In this document: piece by piece, positions 22,770-30,357 of the stretch
Numbering within the stretch: the first letter of the stretch is position 1
Layout of the letters: the number at the start of each line of letters is the position of its first letter
Assembly: GCF_000015225.1 (NCBI RefSeq)
Contig: NC_008698.1
Coordinates: 1,050,001-1,082,000, forward strand
Direction of reading: 5' to 3'
Length of the DNA stretch: 32,000 nucleotides
DNA from: Thermofilum pendens Hrk 5
GTDB lineage: Archaea; Thermoproteota; Thermoprotei; Thermofilales; Thermofilaceae
Position numbers and translations under genes: made by a program
The notes under the pieces: model-generated
Databases searched by the model: none
What the model was told of the DNA's origin: nothing
Seen by the model: the letters and a program-made list of their open reading frames with translations, nothing else

Positions 22770-23873
22770 GTGGTAGCCTTGAGCGGGAGGCTAGCGTACG
22801 CCCTGTCGTTCTCCATGTCGTTGCTACAGTCGCTCATGATCCCCGTGCTGGTCCTCTACATGCTCCAGCTAGGCTACACCGAGGCGGAGGTAGGGCTCGT
22901 GACGGGGACGGCGTCCGCGGTCTACATAGCAGGCGCTCTCCTCTCCTCCGTCCTCGCGGGCAGGCTGGGGGACTCGAAGACAATCCTCCTCTCGCTAGCC
23001 AGCATGGCTACCGGCTACGCCCTCCTCTCCGCCTCCACAGGCCTTTACGCGATCCTGCTGGCGTCGGGCGTCGTCCTGCTGGGCTTCGGCGTCTTCTGGC
23101 CCGCAGTCGAGAACCTGGTCTCGTCGTCGGGAGGGAAGGTCTCCGCGTTCTCGTTCTCCTGGAGCTCGGGCTCGCTCGCAGGGATGCTGCTAGTGTACCC
23201 GCTGAGCCTCCTGGATCCGAGGGCGCTCTACGCGGCTTTCTCGGCTTCCTCGCTCCTGCTAGCACTGTCGGTGAGGCGGGGGGAGGAGAGGGCCAGGGCT
23301 CGGGCAACCTTCGGCGACGTGTTATCCTCTCTATACTCCCTGAGGGCCTCCTGGGTTCTGTGCGTCGCGTACTCCCTGAGCTCCTCGGGCCTGATAACGT
23401 TCTACCCGGTGCTCGTAGAGCGGGCAGGGTTGCCGAGGTTCATGCTGTCGCTCGCCCTCTTCCTGATGATACTGTCTAGGACCGCGGTGTTCTTCGCCTA
23501 CGACGCTCTCCCGGCGCCACTGAAGAGGGTTGAGATCGCGGCGCCCGTCCTGCTGGCATCCTCGCTTATACCATTCGTCGACAACCCCTTCCTCCACTTG
23601 CCACTCTCGCTAATAGCCGGCGCCGGGCAGGGCGTTATCTACGGGATAGCGCTCGAAGGAGTGTTCAAGTCGGGGAGCGACAGGGTCCACAACTACACCG
23701 CCCTCTTCGAGTCCTTCATAGGCGCAGGCTACTCTCTGGGCCCTCTCCTCGCAGCGTTGCTCGGCGAGTACGCCGGTCTTCAGCCTCTGCTCTCCACCTC
23801 TCTGCTGGCAAGCCTGGCGGCCCTCCTCGCAGGGAGAAAACCGCGCGGGTCGGCACCTGCGTCGCGCGGGTAA
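22770..23873 (+). CDS. Major facilitator superfamily (MFS) transporter
   Basis: 367 aa with 10-12 hydrophobic helices. An MFS motif-A-like loop LAGRLGDSKT follows TM2. The GTG start lies 1 nt after the upstream stop. Confidence 0.7.
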   Translation: MVALSGRLAYALSFSMSLLQSLMIPVLVLYMLQLGYTEAEVGLVTGTASAVYIAGALLSSVLAGRLGDSKTILLSLASMATGYALLSASTGLYAILLASGVVLLGFGVFWPAVENLVSSSGGKVSAFSFSWSSGSLAGMLLVYPLSLLDPRALYAAFSASSLLLALSVRRGEERARARATFGDVLSSLYSLRASWVLCVAYSLSSSGLITFYPVLVERAGLPRFMLSLALFLMILSRTAVFFAYDALPAPLKRVEIAAPVLLASSLIPFVDNPFLHLPLSLIAGAGQGVIYGIALEGVFKSGSDRVHNYTALFESFIGAGYSLGPLLAALLGEYAGLQPLLSTSLLASLAALLAGRKPRGSAPASRG

Positions 23874-23964
23874 ACTGAAAAATTTTTATAATCGCGGTGC
23901 ATAACTGGTATTGGAGTTCTGTTCCTCTCAGCGCTTGTAGCCAGCCAGGCAGAGGTGTCTTTGG

Positions 23965-24969
23965 ATGTACGTCGTCGAGGCCAGGGACCTTAGGAAGACG
24001 TACGTGTCCAGGAAGAGGAGGGGGCTGTTCAGGGTAGAGGAGACTAGGGTCGAGGCTTTGAAGGGTGTTTCCCTCACGGCGGTGAAGGGGGAGGTTCTGG
24101 GCATACTCGGGCCTAACGGCGCCGGGAAGTCCACCCTCGTAAAGATACTCGCAACGCTCCTGCTCCCCGACTCCGGCTATGCGAGGATAATGGGCTTCGA
24201 CGTCGTCTCCGAGAGGGACGAGGTCAGGAAGCTCATAGGGGTATCGCTCAGCGTGGAGAAAGGCTTCTTCTACAAGCTGACGGGGCGCGAGAACCTCAAG
24301 TACTTTGGGATGCTGTACGGGCTGGACGGGAAGGCGCTGGAGGAGAGGGTGAACGAGGTACTGAGGGACGTGGGGCTACAGCCGTACGCCGACAAGCTCT
24401 ACGAGGAGATGTCTCTCGGCATGAAGGCGAGGCTGAGCATCGCTAGGGCACTCCTCACTGACCCGCCCGTGCTTATACTCGACGAGCCCACCCTGGGGCT
24501 AGACCCCGTATCCGCTAGGAGGATCCGGTCCCTGCTCACAAGCCTCGCTCACTCGAAGGGGAAGACGGTGCTGGTAACTACGCACAACATGTTCGAAGCC
24601 GAGATAATATGCGACCGCGTCGCGATAATATCCGAGGGGAGGATACTCGCCGTGGACTCCGTCGACTCGCTGAAGAAGAGGGTTGCCGACAGCGTCTTCC
24701 TGGAGATAAGGATAGCCGGGCTCGCCGGCCTCCAGGTCCAGAACGTGCTGAGAAACGTGCCGGGGGTAGAGGTCAGGACGGCGCACAGGAAGGGGCTGGG
24801 AGACAAGGTCGTGGTATCAGTCCCCGTGGCGCACGCCGAGGAAGCCTTCGAGAGGGTGCTACACGAGCTGAGGTCCGCCGGGCTTAAGGTGAGGAGTATA
24901 AGCATAGTCGAGCCCTCCCTGGAGGACGTGTTCATAAAGCTCGCCGGCCACAGGGTGAGCTCCCCGTGA
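23965..24969 (+). CDS. ABC transporter ATP-binding protein (ABC-2/DrrA-NatA type)
   Basis: 334 aa. Walker A GPNGAGKST, Q-loop, signature-like MSLGMKARLSIARAL, Walker B LILDEPTLGLD, and H-loop TTHNM. A C-terminal extra domain of about 100 aa is present. Confidence 0.9.
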   Translation: MYVVEARDLRKTYVSRKRRGLFRVEETRVEALKGVSLTAVKGEVLGILGPNGAGKSTLVKILATLLLPDSGYARIMGFDVVSERDEVRKLIGVSLSVEKGFFYKLTGRENLKYFGMLYGLDGKALEERVNEVLRDVGLQPYADKLYEEMSLGMKARLSIARALLTDPPVLILDEPTLGLDPVSARRIRSLLTSLAHSKGKTVLVTTHNMFEAEIICDRVAIISEGRILAVDSVDSLKKRVADSVFLEIRIAGLAGLQVQNVLRNVPGVEVRTAHRKGLGDKVVVSVPVAHAEEAFERVLHELRSAGLKVRSISIVEPSLEDVFIKLAGHRVSSP

Positions 24970-25748
24970 AGGCGGGAGACGTCGCGAGGATCTTCAAGGC
25001 GGGCGTACTCTTCGAGGTCTCAATGCTCAAGTCCAACAAGGGGTACTTTGCCGCCACCCTTGCCCGCCCCTACTTCGTCTACGCGCTCCTCCTCTTGATA
25101 TCGAAGCAGCTCGGCGCGGGCTACACGCCTAGAGACGTCGTGGTGCAGACCCTCGCCGTCACCGGCTCCATAGACGTCCTCTGGGACGTCGCCGGGCAGG
25201 GAATACTGCTAAGGGTCTCCGGGGTCCTACCGTACTACACCCTGTCGCCGGGAGGAGTACTCCTCGCGCTCGTCGTGAGCTACCTCCCGAGGTACATCCT
25301 CGAAACTCTCCTCAAAGCCGTAGCGTTCCTGCCTGTCCTCGCGCTCGAAGAGGGGCCCGCGGACGCGCTTTTACACCTCCTCGCGGCCTACGCGCTCCTC
25401 CTCCTAGGATTGCTCCCGCTACTGGGCATAAGCACGCTGGTCGCCGGGGCGACGCTCCTGGTACACGAAGAGTCCCCCGTGCTCGAGTGGGTTACGCCGC
25501 TCGTCCTGCTCCTCTCCGGGGCGGTGTACCCGGTGAGCGTACTGCCGGGGTGGATGCGGGCGCTCTCCGCTCTCATACCTGTGACCTACGTCGTGGAGCT
25601 CTCTAGGGCCCTAGAGGGGGGCGGGGGAGTCCAGGCTTTCTACAGCGGGGCTTTCGCGCTACTGATATCCCTCTCCATACTCTACAACGCCGCTGCCAGC
25701 AGGCTGTTCAGGAAGGCCGAGGAGGCCCTGCTAAGGAAGGGTGTCTAG
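24966..25748 (+). CDS. ABC-2 type transporter permease
   Basis: 260 aa with 6 hydrophobic helices. GTGA start/stop overlap with the ATPase gene. Confidence 0.65.
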   Translation: MKAGDVARIFKAGVLFEVSMLKSNKGYFAATLARPYFVYALLLLISKQLGAGYTPRDVVVQTLAVTGSIDVLWDVAGQGILLRVSGVLPYYTLSPGGVLLALVVSYLPRYILETLLKAVAFLPVLALEEGPADALLHLLAAYALLLLGLLPLLGISTLVAGATLLVHEESPVLEWVTPLVLLLSGAVYPVSVLPGWMRALSALIPVTYVVELSRALEGGGGVQAFYSGAFALLISLSILYNAAASRLFRKAEEALLRKGV

Positions 25749-26493
25749 CGTGGGCAGGCGTAAAGCCGTGCTCTGGCTCCACCTAATGCGGTCCAAGAGG
25801 TACGCGCTCAGCCTAGTCTCCGGCTCGCTCACCGACGCCCTTTGGATGATAATCCTGCTGGCCGGCTTCATCCTCGCCGGGAAGGCCCCCGAGGCCTCCA
25901 GCAACTACTGGGGGCTCGTCGCTTGGACCATCCTGTCGAACGCTACCTGGATGATCGGCGGCTGGGTCGACTACCTCGTGCTCCTAGGCCTAGTGGAGGA
26001 GCACGAGGTGCGCGGAGTCTCTGTGTTCGAGCTCGTAGCCGGGAGGGCTATCCCGATGCTCGCCTCCTCGGCTATCTCGTCTCTCGCGGCCTACGCCTTT
26101 CTAAGCCTCGCGGGGGCACGCGTAAGCGTTGCAAGCATCCCCGTGCTCGCCTCGTCGCTAGCCTTGCTCTACGCCCAGTCACTGTGCTACGGGTTGCTAC
26201 TTGCGTCTCTATCGCTGAGGACGGGCACGCCGAGCTACATGCTGGACATACTCAGCCTCGCCTTCCTGGGCCTCGCCTTCTCGCCCACCCCGGCCTCGCC
26301 CAGCGTCGCGCTGATCCCGCTACTGGGACCCATGCTACTCGCAAAGCTCTCCTCCACGGGTAGCGTCCAGCCGGCCGCGGTAGCCTACGGGGTACCCGCA
26401 ACCCTCTTCCTGGCTGTCGCCGCGCTACTCGCCTGTCGCTCGACGGAGGAGCACGCCAGGAGGAGGGGTGTACGGGCGGTGGGGCTAGTCTAG
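25741..26493 (+). CDS. Second ABC-2-like permease / membrane component
   Basis: 250 aa with about 6 hydrophobic helices. The GTG start overlaps the upstream stop by 8 nt, and operon position supports the call. Confidence 0.55.
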   Translation: MSSVGRRKAVLWLHLMRSKRYALSLVSGSLTDALWMIILLAGFILAGKAPEASSNYWGLVAWTILSNATWMIGGWVDYLVLLGLVEEHEVRGVSVFELVAGRAIPMLASSAISSLAAYAFLSLAGARVSVASIPVLASSLALLYAQSLCYGLLLASLSLRTGTPSYMLDILSLAFLGLAFSPTPASPSVALIPLLGPMLLAKLSSTGSVQPAAVAYGVPATLFLAVAALLACRSTEEHARRRGVRAVGLV

Positions 26494-26575
26494 CACGCAG
26501 TAGGGGTGCACGCGCCTAAAGGCATGAAAAAGAATGTGTAACGCCCTATTCTCGCACGCGCCCAGAAACAGTGGA

Positions 26576-27976
26576 TTAAGGCTCTCCGGAGTAGACGTAG
26601 GGCACGCCTAGCGCTGAGGCAAGGTCCCTGTTCAGCGATGCCACGTCCTCCGGGGACACGTCGCCGATGCTGTACTTACCCAGCGCCGAGACTATCATCT
26701 GGGTCTCAACCCTTGTAGCCTCGATGAAGTTCCTGACACCAGCCTCGTCCTTAACCATCGCGGCTACGATGAACGGTCTACCGACGTATATCGCCGTAGC
26801 CCCCAGGGCTCTCGCCTTAACGATGTGTGCCCCGTTGAACAGTCTACCCGCTAGTAGCAGGCTCATTCTATCGTCTACGCCCATTAGCCTAGCCTTCCTG
26901 ATCTTAGCTAGACCGACCACCGTCGGGTAGCCCAGCTCCTTCATAGCCACCGAGGGTGCCATACCGGTTCCACCCTCCTTACCGTCTATTATCACCGCGT
27001 CTGCGCCCTCCTCGTAGGACACCTTTACCACTTCGAGTACATCCCTGAAAGGCCCTACCTTGATCCACACCTTAGCCCTCGGGTAGCTGGTCTTCATTAG
27101 CCTAATCATACCCCTCAGTATGTCGGCCGTGTAGGTCCCCGGGGCGGAGTACCTCTCTACCCACGCGGTCCTCGCCTCGGCCGGGTCCTCCAGGAAGTGG
27201 TACTTCTCCTTGACCTTGACGGCCTCCTCCTTCCTCATCTTTATCACTCCTCCGAGCCCCGGCTTAGCGCCCTGGCCGACCTTGATCTCGAAGGCCACCC
27301 TGCCCTCGTCGAGGTACGGCTCCAGGTCTTTGTCGCTGTACACCTTGTTCCAGTGCTCGTCGTAGGCGTCTTCAACGTTCTGCTGGATGATTACTCCGCC
27401 GTACTTATCGATATTCGTCAGGTAGGCCATGACCCTCTCCTTGAAGCTGGGGTGCCCCCTGGTCAACCTCCTGTCGTAGCCTCGAATCGTGTGCACGTTT
27501 TCTCCGATGCCGTAGGGTATACCCTCTTTGGCGGCGGCCCTTGCGATCACTAGGCTATACCTGCTGGCAATGTCCGTCGAGCCCATCGTACCCACAACGA
27601 GCGGCATCGACGACTTCAAGCCACCTATGCTGGTCTCCAGGTTAACGTCGGTGAACACGGGCTCTCTGAGGAGCTCCGCCATTTTCTCCAGCCTCTTCGG
27701 CGTGAAAGCGGGAGGCGTTAGGACCAAGTCGTCCATCGTTAGGAACCTCGGGTAACCCTTCCTGTGAACAGTCGCCCCGAGCAGCGCCGCGCCGTAGGTG
27801 GCTAGCTCTCCGAAGGGGTAGACGCCCTCGCTCCCCTTAATAGCTTTGAGCAGTATCTCGTCTAAGGGGTAGTCTTCCATGAACTCGCTTATCCCCCTTA
27901 GGGTCACCAGGCTACCCTTAACCTTGAGCACAAGCTCGCCTAGCTTAAGCGCAAACCACTCGAGCACGCCGACCAC
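26576..27976 (-). CDS. Glutamate synthase-related FMN-binding protein (GltS FMN/central-domain family, stand-alone)
   Basis: 466 aa. Hallmark KVGQGAKPGLGG (compare QGAKPGEGG), the IIDGKEGGTGMAP motif, and GRPF near the C-terminus. There is no amidotransferase domain. Confidence 0.85.
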   Translation of the reverse strand: MVGVLEWFALKLGELVLKVKGSLVTLRGISEFMEDYPLDEILLKAIKGSEGVYPFGELATYGAALLGATVHRKGYPRFLTMDDLVLTPPAFTPKRLEKMAELLREPVFTDVNLETSIGGLKSSMPLVVGTMGSTDIASRYSLVIARAAAKEGIPYGIGENVHTIRGYDRRLTRGHPSFKERVMAYLTNIDKYGGVIIQQNVEDAYDEHWNKVYSDKDLEPYLDEGRVAFEIKVGQGAKPGLGGVIKMRKEEAVKVKEKYHFLEDPAEARTAWVERYSAPGTYTADILRGMIRLMKTSYPRAKVWIKVGPFRDVLEVVKVSYEEGADAVIIDGKEGGTGMAPSVAMKELGYPTVVGLAKIRKARLMGVDDRMSLLLAGRLFNGAHIVKARALGATAIYVGRPFIVAAMVKDEAGVRNFIEATRVETQMIVSALGKYSIGDVSPEDVASLNRDLASALGVPYVYSGEP

Positions 27977-27978
27977 CT

Positions 27979-29073
27979 TTAGGGGGTTGGGCCTATCCCG
28001 GCGACCTTGGGGTACGGCCTAGACTCCCACACAGCCCTAAGGCCGCATATGTACCTAGTCAGCCTCTCCACCCCTATGCCGAAGCCGGCCGTCTTTAAGG
28101 GGTAGAAGTCCCTGAGCATCTCCAGGAACCACTTGTACTTCTTCGGGTCCTCCCCGGACTCCTTTATCCTAGCGATAACCTTGGCCGGCTCGTACTCGCG
28201 CTCGCCTCCCGATATAGCCTCCCCGAAGCCCTCGGGGTAAAGCATGTCGAAGTCCCTTAGGTAGCCAGGCCTCTCCGGGTCCTCCCTGTTGTAGAAGCCC
28301 CTAGACCCCTTGGGATACCCGTATATGAACAGAGGGCTCGTGTGGTGGGCCGATAGAACCTTCTCGCACTCCCAGAGGATCTCGGTGTTCCTCGGGTTTC
28401 TACAGCCCAGCCTGTTTACCAGCTCCACCGCCTCGGCGTGGGTATACCTCGCGAACGGTGTCCTGTACTCTGGGAGGGTCCTACCAAGCTTCTCGAGGTC
28501 CGCGCCGTGCACCTCCTCGACGTACCTAGCAACATGCATGAATAAGCCCTCGGCCAGGCTCATAGCGTCCTCCAGCGTGCCGTCCAGAATCTCTATGTCG
28601 ACCTGGAAGAACTCGACGAGGTGCCTACCCGTGAAAATGCTGTCGTTGGGCTCAAGCCTGATGTTCGGAGAGACGAAGTAGACCTTACCCAATACCGCCG
28701 CCATGTACTGCTTGTAGAGTATAGCGCTGGACATGACCTTGTACTCGTGCCCGTAGAAGTCCACGGTAACCTGCTTAGCCCCCCTTATGCCCGGGTCAGT
28801 GACGGGACCTATTATCGGCGGCAACGCCTCAGTAAAGCCGTGGGAGTCCAAGTACTCTCGAATAGCGCGGAGTATCGACGCTTGGATCCTGAAGACCGTG
28901 GCGTACTTGCTTTCCCTAGCCCACTTCCACGAGTACCTTGTCCACTCCTCTAGGAACTTGACGTACGAATCCCTATCCCTAGCCATCTTCTCGAGCTCCA
29001 GCACCGCCGGGTGAAGTTTTGCCAAACTTTCGCGTGCACTGTTAAATGCGATAAACCGGGTTTCCTGTCCCAT
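27979..29073 (-). CDS. Class II aminoacyl-tRNA-synthetase catalytic-core paralog lacking an anticodon-binding domain (archaeal AsnA-like asparagine synthetase / AspRS-AsnRS paralog)
   Basis: 364 aa. Motif 1 region FRIQASILRAIREYLDSHGFTEALPPII. Motif 2 region GRHLVEFFQVDIE. Motif 3 GFGIGVERLTRYICG. The catalytic core begins about 60 aa from the N-terminus, leaving no room for the N-terminal OB-fold of AspRS/AsnRS. The stop lies 2 nt before the GltS-like start. Confidence 0.75.
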   Translation of the reverse strand: MGQETRFIAFNSARESLAKLHPAVLELEKMARDRDSYVKFLEEWTRYSWKWARESKYATVFRIQASILRAIREYLDSHGFTEALPPIIGPVTDPGIRGAKQVTVDFYGHEYKVMSSAILYKQYMAAVLGKVYFVSPNIRLEPNDSIFTGRHLVEFFQVDIEILDGTLEDAMSLAEGLFMHVARYVEEVHGADLEKLGRTLPEYRTPFARYTHAEAVELVNRLGCRNPRNTEILWECEKVLSAHHTSPLFIYGYPKGSRGFYNREDPERPGYLRDFDMLYPEGFGEAISGGEREYEPAKVIARIKESGEDPKKYKWFLEMLRDFYPLKTAGFGIGVERLTRYICGLRAVWESRPYPKVAGIGPTP

Positions 29074-29235
29074 GCTTATCGTTCAACGCCCTATGCACTG
29101 TCTTAAAATCATTTTCTGATCGAAACCTGAATTTCTTGCAAATGTTTCCGTTAGCTTTCCGGTGGAAGCTGTAAAAAATTCCGGAGAAGAGGCCCAACCC
29201 CCTGCCGCGGAACACGCGCATAGAGTGCAGCAAGG

Positions 29236-29787
29236 CTAGCCTAGCCTCGATGCAGTCGCGTACTCGTCTCCCCCTAGGTGTAGCAACAGGCGCGCCTTCG
29301 CTAGGTCGTAGACGGCCCCGCTCCAGGCGTCCCGCCTAGCCCTAGCGGCCTGCACCTCGCCGACTAGAATGGAATGGTCGCCGGCGGGGTACTCGGCCCA
29401 GAGCCTGCACTCCAGGCAGGCGAGCGCACCCTCGATGCACGGCGCCCCCACCCTGAGGGCTGGCAGGAACCTTACGCCCAGCGAGGAAGCCTTGTCGACA
29501 TCCCTCCCGGAGACGGACCCGGCCTCCTCGACTACCCTGAGCATGCCCGCGTCGACAGGGTTCACCGTGAACACCCCGCTGGACTTCACCAAGCTGTAGG
29601 TGTACCTCTCCGGCGCCACCGCTACCGCTACGAGCGGGGGCTTCACAGATACAGGTGTGAGCCACGCGGCCGGCATGAAGTTCGGCCTACCCGAGGCGTC
29701 GACGGAGACTATGAGCGCGACGAGCTTGGGGTGGAGTAGCCTAGTGTGCCTCCTAAGCTCTACCTCGACGTACCCAACGCCTTGCAC
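29236..29787 (-). CDS. Flavin reductase-like FMN-binding domain protein
   Basis: 183 aa. The segment LVALIVSVDASGRPNFMPAAWLTPVSVKPPLVAVAVAP...FTVN is the typical flavin-reductase-domain pattern. GTG start at 29785-29787, with TATA AAAAATTATAT (minus strand) at 29811-29822. Confidence 0.8.
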   Translation of the reverse strand: MQGVGYVEVELRRHTRLLHPKLVALIVSVDASGRPNFMPAAWLTPVSVKPPLVAVAVAPERYTYSLVKSSGVFTVNPVDAGMLRVVEEAGSVSGRDVDKASSLGVRFLPALRVGAPCIEGALACLECRLWAEYPAGDHSILVGEVQAARARRDAWSGAVYDLAKARLLLHLGGDEYATASRLG

Positions 29788-29946
29788 GGCTGTATTCGCG
29801 CTAAATCGACATATAATTTTTTAGACGCGCGCGCAGTTCAACCAGGTGGGCGAGGCTGTCCCAGTCCCCCTCGCTAGAGCCATTGCACGCGAAGTCAAAA
29901 AGACGCTCTTATAGCGCGCGTTCCGAAAAAGGTTTTCTCGCTCCTT

Positions 29947-29999
29947 GGTTTACAAACATGGGAGAAAGCTGAAACCGAGGATCTCCCCGGTTTACAAAC
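29947..29999. repeat. Two copies of GGTTTACAAAC (29947-29957 and 29989-29999), each inside a short potential hairpin
   Basis: Exact 11-mer repeated 42 bp apart. The flanking CTCC...GGAG (29941-29944 / 29961-29964) and TCCC...GGGA (29984-29987 / 30003-30006) could pair around each copy. The motif is itself a near-palindrome (GGTTT-AC-AAACC). Confidence 0.6.
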
Positions 30000-30026
30000 C
30001 CAGGGAAAAAGGAAAAGGGAGAGTTT

Positions 30027-30257
30027 TTACGCCAGCCCGAGCCCCCTTAGCTCTTCGACGTCCTCCTCAAGCTCTCTCGCCAGCTCTTCGTCCTCCTCGA
30101 GCCTCGCCGGCGCGCTTCTCACGGAGGCTAGGAACTCCTCTACCGCGTCCAGCGCCTCGACGAGGCGCGCCTCGTACAGCCCGTCGCGCCTAAGAGTGCT
30201 CGCCAGTAGCCGCGAAAGCGCGCCGATGGTTCGCACGGTAACCCTCGGGTCACTCAT
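30027..30257 (-). CDS. Small (76 aa) alpha-helical protein with acidic C-terminus, function unknown
   Basis: Sequence MSDPRVTVRTIGALSRLLASTLRRDGLYEARLVEALDAVEEFLASV...EEDEELARELEEDVEEL. It is divergent from the 477-aa gene across a 100-nt spacer that contains a palindrome. I recognised no family. Confidence 0.45.
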   Translation of the reverse strand: MSDPRVTVRTIGALSRLLASTLRRDGLYEARLVEALDAVEEFLASVRSAPARLEEDEELARELEEDVEELRGLGLA

Positions 30258-30309
30258 GCTCGGTCAACACTCTTTCCCGGCCTCTCCCTCCACGCTGACC
30301 CCTGATGCC

Positions 30310-30326
30310 GCGCCCTCGTAGGGCGC
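30310..30326. promoter_or_regulatory. Perfect palindrome GCGCCCT-CGT-AGGGCGC in the divergent intergenic region (candidate operator)
   Basis: Read directly. 7-bp arms with a 3-bp spacer, located 32 nt upstream of the ATG at 30358 and 53 nt upstream of the minus-strand start at 30257. Confidence 0.5.
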
Positions 30327-30357
30327 CTCTTTCCACCATTTAAGGGAGGGGTGAAAT

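Noticed and set aside
26506-26561. Direct 9-nt repeat GCACGCGCC (about 26506 and 26553) in the convergent spacer after the ABC operon
   Set aside because: It is short and GC-rich, so chance occurrence in this genome composition is plausible, and no associated structure is evident.
29042-29233. 63-aa minus-strand ORF between the flavin reductase and AsnA-like genes
   Set aside because: It overlaps the 5' end of the AsnA-like gene in another frame and runs through its promoter region. The peptide (MLHSMRVFRGRGLGLFSG...) is basic and unstructured-looking.
29947-29999. GGTTTACAAAC repeats as a mini CRISPR array
   Set aside because: There are only two copies of an 11-nt motif with a 31-nt interval. 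The unit is far shorter than CRISPR repeats (24-37 nt in archaea), and there is no leader or cas gene nearby.
29945-30193. 82-aa plus-strand ORF (TTG start) rich in Arg/Pro
   Set aside because: It is antisense to the 76-aa ORF and starts within the repeat region. The composition (PRASPARFSRRLGTPLPRPAPRRGAPR) is typical of antisense GC-rich frames.
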